A stretch of 16,740 bases of DNA from a virus. The position numbers and the translations under genes were made by a program. The stretch is taken from IMG/VR virus record IMGVR_UViG_3300045988_050264, positions 1 through 16,740 of that record; one strand, 5' to 3'. The notes under the pieces were generated by a model. It was given only the letters and a program-made list of their open reading frames with translations. It did not search any database and had not been told where the DNA came from. Shown one piece after another: positions 1 to 4,396 of this stretch. The stretch's first letter is position 1; each line of letters begins with the position of its first letter.

Positions 1-26
1 AAATTAAGGTTTCTCAAAACCGGTAC
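1..26. repeat. Left inverted terminal repeat (26 bp) of a linear protein-primed genome
   Basis: nt 1-26 AAATTAAGGTTTCTCAAAACCGGTAC is the exact reverse complement of nt 16715-16740. Identity breaks at nt 27. The terminus begins AAA, as in phi29-type ends. Confidence 0.95.
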
Positions 27-125
27 ACCATTTCCCCATTTATCGGTACGACGATATGTCAAAAATACACAAAACCAGCGTACTATATTTGTACAACATT
101 TTACGAAAAAATCAGTAAAAACCTA

Positions 126-154
126 TTGACAAAAAGGGGTGTACATGGTATACT
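126..154 (+). promoter_or_regulatory. Early promoter P1 (sigma-A type, extended -10)
   Basis: TTGACA (126-131), 17-nt spacer ending TGG, TATACT (149-154). A-rich tract upstream (106-121). Predicted start near 160. Confidence 0.8.
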
Positions 155-160
155 AAGCAT

Positions 161-494
161 GTAAACAAGAGAGGGAAACAAGAGGGCCGGCCGGGTGACC
201 GCCCACCGTCAAACCAGCGGGACGCCGACAGCGTCAAGGTGTGAACCTTGAAAAGTGAATACTGGACATAAACAAGCCCCACGGCACAAGCGCACCGGAC
301 AGCGCGTCAGCTACGCATATCAGCGGCCACGCGTTGCCTGGTCTGTTAGTGGGAAGTCGCTCCATTTTGTTGAAAAGGTGAAAGCCCCGCTGCGCATTGC
401 GAAAGCAGAACCGCAGCTGTTCGCCGGGTGAATTTGCGATAGCCCGGACGGTGAATGACGAGTCTTTGAAAATTAAGACGAAACACGCGCAAGT
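161..494 (+). ncRNA. ORF-free, GC-rich, hairpin-dense RNA downstream of P1; candidate packaging RNA (pRNA) or structured leader
   Basis: No SD-preceded ORF between P1 and the ATG at 556. nt 181-240 are ~72% GC by my count. Local helices: GACGC/GCGTC 221-235; CAAGGT-GTGA-ACCTTG 235-250 (GNRA loop); a ~12-bp bulged helix 295-307/329-341; CC(A)UUUU-GUUG-AAAAGG 362-378; GCTGCG/CGCAGC 389-417 enclosing UGC-GAAA-GCA; CCGGG/CCCGG 424-447. Direct repeat AAACAAGAG(AG)GG at 163-186. Function not demonstrated. Confidence 0.4.
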
Positions 495-545
495 CACGGC
501 AGAAATGCCGTGTCGGGTAACACCAAAATTCAACGACAAAAGGAG
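495..545 (+). repeat. Early intergenic hairpin+leader module, copy A
   Basis: CACGGCA-GAAA-TGCCGTG hairpin (495-512) overlapping the core GTGTCGGGTAACACCAAAATTCAACGACAAAAGGAG (510-545). ATG at 556. Confidence 0.85.
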
Positions 546-555
546 TACAAAAACT

Positions 556-816
556 ATGGCAAGACAGAGAATGATTACTCGCACTATCACTTTCCAGGAA
601 ACCGAGATTATGTGCCTGGACATTTCCACCGCACAGGCGCATGTTTCGACATTTTGCACGGCAAGCCCCTCGCCCCTGACGCTTGACCAGCTCAAGGCCC
701 GGTATGATACCGACACCAACAAGCTGGTTGCCATTCTCAACAACCGCACCACGGAACAGGTGTACGGCATGAGCGAGGATGATTTCATGGCACACGCACA
801 TATCATCACGCGCTAA
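556..816 (+). CDS. phi29 p6-like dsDNA-binding (histone-like) protein, paralogue 1 (86 aa)
   Basis: ATG at 556 lies 10 nt after AAAGGAG. The track ORF 397-816 is trimmed because its N-terminus reads through the non-coding repeat. MARQRMITRTI...CLDI...DTDT.K.V.I...GMSEDDFMAHA aligns with the product of 2710-3024. It also resembles my recollection of phi29 p6 (REITKTT ... YELPVEKFLEVA). Confidence 0.75.
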   Translation: MARQRMITRTITFQETEIMCLDISTAQAHVSTFCTASPSPLTLDQLKARYDTDTNKLVAILNNRTTEQVYGMSEDDFMAHAHIITR

Positions 817-822
817 TGACCA

Positions 823-875
823 GGCCCCAGCAATGGGGCCGTGTCGGGTAACACCAAATTCAACGACAAAAGGAG
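823..875 (+). repeat. Early intergenic hairpin+leader module, copy B
   Basis: GGCCCC-AGCAAT-GGGGCC (823-840) followed by GTGTCGGGTAACACCAAATTCAACGACAAAAGGAG (841-875). Starts 6 nt after the stop at 816. ATG at 885. Confidence 0.9.
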
Positions 876-884
876 AAACAAAAA

Positions 885-1223
885 ATGGACATCAATCAGC
901 GTGAAATTAATGAAGCATGCCGCGCATATTATGACGCCGCAATGACGGAGCGCGGTCAAATGCCGTGGGTTCCGGATAATAAGCCCTCGCCGTGGAAAAG
1001 ATTGCGTAGCTGTAGCGCAGATGTGTTAGAGACTCCCAACTTTTTCATTCTTCGGTCCTACAACACCGTTGTTGCTGTCATTGACAAGGATACTGGAAGC
1101 ACCTGGGATGTACTCCGCATGGTCTACGGCTACACAGCCACCAGCGCACAGCACATTACAAAGTTTTCCCACGACTACGGCAACGGCAATCGCTACACAT
1201 GGCGCGAGATTCCGAACCGCTGA
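885..1223 (+). CDS. Hypothetical early protein (112 aa)
   Basis: ORF with AAAGGAG 9 nt upstream. Flanked by repeat copies B and C. No family recognised. Confidence 0.8.
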   Translation: MDINQREINEACRAYYDAAMTERGQMPWVPDNKPSPWKRLRSCSADVLETPNFFILRSYNTVVAVIDKDTGSTWDVLRMVYGYTATSAQHITKFSHDYGNGNRYTWREIPNR

Positions 1224-1228
1224 CGAAT

Positions 1229-1282
1229 GGCCCCAGCAATGGGGGCCGTGTCGGGTAACACCAAATTCAACTACAAAAGGAG
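1229..1282 (+). repeat. Early intergenic hairpin+leader module, copy C
   Basis: GGCCCC-AGCAAT(G)-GGGGCC (1229-1247) followed by the core with one substitution (CAACTACAAAAGGAG). Starts 5 nt after the stop at 1223. Confidence 0.9.
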
Positions 1283-1290
1283 AAACAAAC

Positions 1291-1488
1291 ATGAACAACG
1301 AACAGAAGGTTATGCGCGCACGTGCAATAGCAGATTTTACCGCCGAAATGCTGGACGAGATTTTCTTCATCGAAAGACTCAACGCAGAAATTGACGCAGA
1401 TACGCCTGACTATGAAAAGGCGCGCCGCCGCGAATTGCTTGAAAAGGCAAAGATTATGGGCGAGGTTATCGCATGGCTTGTGAAATGA
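1291..1488 (+). CDS. Hypothetical early protein (65 aa, predicted helical)
   Basis: ATG at 1291 lies 8 nt after AAAGGAG. Track ORF 1069-1488 is trimmed because its upstream part overlaps gene 885-1223 and reads through the repeat. Confidence 0.75.
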   Translation: MNNEQKVMRARAIADFTAEMLDEIFFIERLNAEIDADTPDYEKARRRELLEKAKIMGEVIAWLVK

Positions 1489-1577
1489 TTTTGGTGCATA
1501 TTATTCTGCCGCTGTCACCGCTGATTGCGATGTCATTTGCTTGTCTGGTAGAATGGCTAATCAAGCGCCGCCGCTGA
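1485..1577 (+). CDS. Putative 30-aa hydrophobic peptide MILVHIILPLSPLIAMSFACLVEWLIKRRR (below the ORF-track cutoff)
   Basis: ATGA start/stop overlap with the preceding gene (ATG 1485-1487, TGA 1486-1488). One predicted TM helix with a KRRR anchor. Its stop (1575-1577) sits 6 nt before repeat hairpin D, the same spacing seen after the other genes. No SD of its own. Confidence 0.45.
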   Translation: MILVHIILPLSPLIAMSFACLVEWLIKRRR

Positions 1578-1583
1578 CCACCT

Positions 1584-1635
1584 GGCCCCAGCAATGGGGC
1601 CGTGTCGGGTAACACCAAATTCAACGACAAAGGGG
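1584..1635 (+). repeat. Early intergenic hairpin+leader module, copy D
   Basis: GGCCCC-AGCAAT-GGGGCC (1584-1601) followed by the core, ending ACAAAGGGG. ATG at 1643. Confidence 0.9.
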
Positions 1636-1642
1636 TAATATT

Positions 1643-1969
1643 ATGGACTACAACATTAAGGACCTGTATTCAAGCACGATGTCAGCGCTAATGGCCGATT
1701 ATGGCAAGATGCTCCAGACCACCACGGTATATTCTGACTTCTACAATGTCACCGTTGAGCGCACAACAAACTTTACCGTTTTGTGGGATGGTCAAGATTC
1801 AATGACACTGCTTGCCTTGTACGACTGGAATAATCACATTGCGCTTGACCTGTCTGCTAATGCAGATGATTTTACTAACGGTGAAAATAAAATCATTATC
1901 GAAAATTTCTTCTGGTTTGCAGACGAAGTAATTTCTGTCCCGCAGGAGGTGATGGAATGCCGCGAGTAA
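1643..1969 (+). CDS. Hypothetical strongly acidic early protein (108 aa)
   Basis: ORF preceded by AAAGGGG. By my count 11 D + 7 E vs 3 K + 2 R, net about -13. Confidence 0.8.
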   Translation: MDYNIKDLYSSTMSALMADYGKMLQTTTVYSDFYNVTVERTTNFTVLWDGQDSMTLLALYDWNNHIALDLSANADDFTNGENKIIIENFFWFADEVISVPQEVMECRE

Positions 1970-2223
1970 AAATGAATCAAGCGGATATGCTTGACGCTGG
2001 AATTACATGGTTTGCTTCACGCAACACAACGAATTTTGACGGTCTATATGGACGTGCGTATTTTCTCACGCATAATCTGACAAAAACTCAGCGCAAGGCA
2101 GTCACACGCTGGAAGAATACAGCAATCCGCAACACCAGCATACCAGGTGAAAAAGGCAAGCCAAGCAAATGCCACATTGTAATTATCTATGACAAAATCA
2201 TTCCGCGCGAAAATGTGGAATAA
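1957..2223 (+). CDS. Hypothetical basic early protein (88 aa)
   Basis: ATG at 1957 preceded by AGGAGGTG. 13-nt overlap with the upstream gene. Stop lies 4 nt before repeat hairpin E. Confidence 0.75.
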   Translation: MPRVKMNQADMLDAGITWFASRNTTNFDGLYGRAYFLTHNLTKTQRKAVTRWKNTAIRNTSIPGEKGKPSKCHIVIIYDKIIPRENVE

Positions 2224-2227
2224 CACT

Positions 2228-2277
2228 GGGCCTCGCGGCCCTGTGTCGGGTAACACCAAATTTAACAACAAAAGGAG
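2228..2277 (+). repeat. Early intergenic hairpin+leader module, copy E
   Basis: GGGCC-TCGC-GGCCC (2228-2241) followed by GTGTCGGGTAACACCAAATTTAACAACAAAAGGAG (2243-2277; two substitutions). ATG at 2288. Confidence 0.9.
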
Positions 2278-2287
2278 AAACAAAATT

Positions 2288-2506
2288 ATGATTACATTGC
2301 GCGCAAAAAAGAACTACACACCGGACGACATTCGTGCTCTCATAGAAGTCATTGAAATAGGCTCTGAGAATATGAAATGTGCAGAAACGTGTGAACGCTG
2401 TACCCATAGCACAGCTTGCGCCGACCTGTGCCGGTTTTACAACTATCTGTATGGCGTTTTGGATTCCTGGAGAAGTGATGATTTCTATCCCATGCCGAAA
2501 ATTTGA
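2288..2506 (+). CDS. Hypothetical Cys-rich early protein (72 aa)
   Basis: ATG at 2288 lies 10 nt after AAAGGAG. Track ORF 2189-2506 is trimmed. Contains CAETCERCTHSTACADLC. Confidence 0.75.
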   Translation: MITLRAKKNYTPDDIRALIEVIEIGSENMKCAETCERCTHSTACADLCRFYNYLYGVLDSWRSDDFYPMPKI

Positions 2507-2527
2507 ACATTGTTAAAAATTTAACGC

Positions 2528-2557
2528 TTGACAGCTTACCGGTCCGCATGGTATAAT
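2528..2557 (+). promoter_or_regulatory. Promoter P2 of the replication operon (extended -10)
   Basis: TTGACA (2528-2533), 18-nt spacer ending TGG, TATAAT (2552-2557). AT-rich inverted repeat GTTAAA-AA-TTTAAC just upstream (2512-2525). Confidence 0.8.
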
Positions 2558-2563
2558 AAGGCG

Positions 2564-2709
2564 TAGCCGCTGATGGCGTTACTCTCTTTCTCTCCTATGT
2601 GTTCCCGGCATTGCCGGGTTCACGGGCCACGGAAGTCCGCACCTGCTGGGGCAGTACCAGCATGGCCCTGTCATATCAACAAACAGTGTAACACAAGGAG
2701 GTACAACAA
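2564..2709 (+). promoter_or_regulatory. Structured ~145-nt 5' leader of the replication operon
   Basis: CU-rich tract CTCTCTTTCTCTCCT (2582-2596). Hairpin CCCGGC-ATT-GCCGGG (2604-2618). Three-way junction: GGGCCA/TGGCCC (2624-2629/2663-2668) enclosing CGG-AAGU-CCG and GCTGG-GGCAGTA-CCAGC. Then an A/C-rich linker and AAGGAGG (2695-2701). Confidence 0.45.
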
Positions 2710-3024
2710 ATGGCAAGAAAACCCATGGTAACCCGCACCATCAAGGTGACCCAGGCATGCGTCCTGTGTCTGGACATTGAGCAGGGCGAACCCTGCACCA
2801 GAGAGGTCACCCTCTCCCGAACCTACAAGAACGACGAAGCAATCCTCAAGGCCGCAAAGGCCGTCGTTGACACGGATACCCTCAAGGCTGTGTCTATCTC
2901 GAAGTCCTGGGTGGAGGAAAAGCTACTGGGTATGCCCGAAGATTTTTTCATCGCCCACGCCGTGGACATTGTTCGCCGCAAGCCTGACGCAGAGATTCCC
3001 AAGCAGCCCAGTGACCCCCAGTGA
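2710..3024 (+). CDS. phi29 p6-like dsDNA-binding protein, paralogue 2 (104 aa)
   Basis: Strong SD AAGGAGG. First gene of a p6-like, p5-like, TP, DNAP block, which matches phi29 gene order 6-5-(4)-3-2. Shares MAR..M.TRTI / CLDI / DTDT / GM.ED.F.AHA with 556-816. Same length as I recall for phi29 p6 (~104 aa). Confidence 0.8.
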   Translation: MARKPMVTRTIKVTQACVLCLDIEQGEPCTREVTLSRTYKNDEAILKAAKAVVDTDTLKAVSISKSWVEEKLLGMPEDFFIAHAVDIVRRKPDAEIPKQPSDPQ

Positions 3025-3025
3025 A

Positions 3026-3125
3026 CCCAAGCAATCCCGCCTGTTTATCGTGTGACTTGCAGGAAATCTGCAAGCCGCCGATTACAGTGATATGCACTCA
3101 CAACAAATCTGACAACGAAAAGGAG
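3026..3125 (+). repeat. Degenerate relative of the early intergenic module
   Basis: CCCAAGCAATCCCGCC (3026-3041) resembles CCCCAGCAATGGGGCC but has lost its pairing. A new hairpin CTTGCAG-GAAAT-CTGCAAG lies at 3056-3074. The linker CAACAAATCTGACAACGAAAAGGAG resembles CACCAAATTCAACGACAAAAGGAG. Confidence 0.35.
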
Positions 3126-3134
3126 TAAAGCAAA

Positions 3135-3509
3135 ATGGAAGGTTACAACGTCACCATCGCTAAGTCCAGCAAGGAGCTGACCCACAAGGAACGTGTACGC
3201 ATGAAGGACACCACCAACGCGCTAAGCCTGGACGATGTTACCAAGGACGGCCCTGTCCTGATTGACCTGGATTTTTACGCAGTGATGGACGTACACAACG
3301 AGAAGTCCGAGAGCATCGACTACACTGTTTGCATTCTCGTTGACAAGGCAGGCACCAAGTATCGCACAGGCTCCCCCAGCTTCATGACTGCCCTGGACGA
3401 AATCATGGTGGACATGGCTGACTGTGATGAAGCCTGGCAGTTGGAAGTTTCCCGCCGTCCCAGCAAGAACTATAAAGGAAAAGAGTTCCTGACGTGTTCC
3501 GTGGTGTAA
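3135..3509 (+). CDS. phi29 p5-like single-stranded DNA-binding protein (124 aa)
   Basis: SD AAAAGGAG. Sits between the p6-like and TP genes. Same length as phi29 p5 as I recall it (124 aa). The C-terminal half (YTVCILVDKAGTKYRTGSPSFMTALDEI...KGKEFLTCSVV) parallels the recalled phi29 p5 (TTIFAADGSLYSAISKTVAEAASDLI...KGNVFFSLQL). Confidence 0.65.
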   Translation: MEGYNVTIAKSSKELTHKERVRMKDTTNALSLDDVTKDGPVLIDLDFYAVMDVHNEKSESIDYTVCILVDKAGTKYRTGSPSFMTALDEIMVDMADCDEAWQLEVSRRPSKNYKGKEFLTCSVV

Positions 3510-3518
3510 CGTAACGCC

Positions 3519-3556
3519 AGCGCCCATCATGGGATTCCGTGGTGGGCGCTATTTTC
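3519..3556 (+). terminator. Intrinsic terminator/attenuator between the SSB-like and TP genes
   Basis: 14-bp stem 3519-3532/3537-3550 (12 Watson-Crick pairs + 2 G.U) with GAUU loop, followed by ATTTTC. There is no room for a promoter before the TP SD at 3561. Confidence 0.6.
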
Positions 3557-3574
3557 ATATAGGAGGAAAGAACC

Positions 3575-4396
3575 ATGGCAAAGAAAAGGTCCACCAAGGC
3601 TAAAAAGAAACCCGCAAAAAAGCGCCAGAAAATGACACCAAACCAGGCGGCATTTACAAAGCAACAACAGAGAATACGCCGCTTCATCAAATCAGCAGAG
3701 AAGCGCGGCTACAGTTTTCCAGCAAATGTTGTTCCTGAACGTCCATCCAGAGTCACAAAGCGCGACATTGCAAGAATCACAGCAATCAAGCCGGAAACAC
3801 TTTACGAGCAAGCAACTTTCATCTATGAAGGTTCCACATTCACCGGCACAGAGGGCCGCATGATTGAACGCTCATTAGCCGCACAAAAAGGTGCATTGCA
3901 CAAGCGCGAAAAAGACCCCCGGTATCACACCCAGGCCGGGTCCCCTCCTGCCGAAGCTACGGATGTTGCTGACCGCTTGGGCGAGGTCATTGACCGTATT
4001 GCCGACACCGGTTACAAAATCAACCAAGGCACAGCGGCCTACAACGCCGCCCAGAATAAAATTGACAGCTGGTCAGGCTCCCCATATTGGAACGAATGGT
4101 TCACGCAGAAGCGTTATGAACAAGTGGAGCAGTTGCAACGCATGATTCAGTCATCAATCCGCACATATGGGTTTGGCGGTGCAATGAAAGCTATCGGCAC
4201 CCAGGCAGAGGAATTTGCCAGGGCCGTGGATATCATCTGTTACGATTCCAATCAGGAACGCATTCGCGTAGCGTTCAATACCCTCGCTGAAATTCTCAAG
4301 GGGTCCGCCCTGACGGCAGAGGAAGGTGCCGACATGGACGTGCTGATGGACGCTACAGTGGGCTACAGCCCAGACTGGTACGATGAAGGTGAGTAG
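3575..4396 (+). CDS. Putative terminal protein (273 aa)
   Basis: Immediately upstream of, and abutting, the protein-primed DNAP gene, as in phi29 gene 3. Similar size (phi29 TP is 266 aa). Very basic N-terminus MAKKRSTKAKKKPAKKRQK and acidic C-terminus. The genome has ITRs. No confident residue-level alignment, and the priming residue is not identified. Confidence 0.6.
   Translation: MAKKRSTKAKKKPAKKRQKMTPNQAAFTKQQQRIRRFIKSAEKRGYSFPANVVPERPSRVTKRDIARITAIKPETLYEQATFIYEGSTFTGTEGRMIERSLAAQKGALHKREKDPRYHTQAGSPPAEATDVADRLGEVIDRIADTGYKINQGTAAYNAAQNKIDSWSGSPYWNEWFTQKRYEQVEQLQRMIQSSIRTYGFGGAMKAIGTQAEEFARAVDIICYDSNQERIRVAFNTLAEILKGSALTAEEGADMDVLMDATVGYSPDWYDEGE

Noticed and set aside
181-235. Riboswitch-like impression (GGGACGC plus GNRA loops, reminiscent of a c-di-GMP-I aptamer)
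   Set aside because: It is only a short string coincidence. I could not lay out the P1/P2/P3 architecture or the tetraloop receptor. It needs cmscan and is not claimed.
397-555. N-terminal 53 codons of track ORF 397-816
   Set aside because: No SD at 397. The extension reads through repeat copy A, which is non-coding in every other copy. A strong AAAGGAG precedes the internal ATG at 556, where similarity to the paralogue begins (MAR...).
234-809. Minus-strand ORFs 234-809 and 346-801 (191 and 151 aa)
   Set aside because: They are antisense to the P1 transcript and to the p6-like gene. There is no promoter or SD, the composition is Cys/Arg-rich junk, and they would run toward the genome end.
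495-2277. Early repeats as a CRISPR array or solitary CRISPR-repeat (RNA anti-CRISPR) units
   Set aside because: The units are spaced by whole genes (330-640 bp), not 30-40-nt spacers. Each ends in a functional SD. I could not match the core to any repeat family I know. The solitary-repeat mimic idea cannot be formally excluded without a search against CRISPR repeat databases.
495-2277. Early repeats as promoters or intrinsic terminators
   Set aside because: There is no TTGACA/TATAAT-like pair at proper spacing within the core, unlike the four clear promoters. There is no U-tract after the hairpin, unlike the three clear terminators.
2512-2525. GTTAAA-AA-TTTAAC inverted repeat as the terminator of the P1 operon
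   Set aside because: The stem is all A/T and 6 bp, too weak for termination. It is more likely a UP-element-like AT tract or an operator upstream of P2. P1 transcripts probably read into the P2 operon.
2777-4145. Alternative-frame ORFs 2777-3055 and 3891-4145
   Set aside because: They are embedded in the p6-like and TP genes in other frames. The products are Pro/Ser/Arg-rich, there is no SD, and this is typical overprinting noise.
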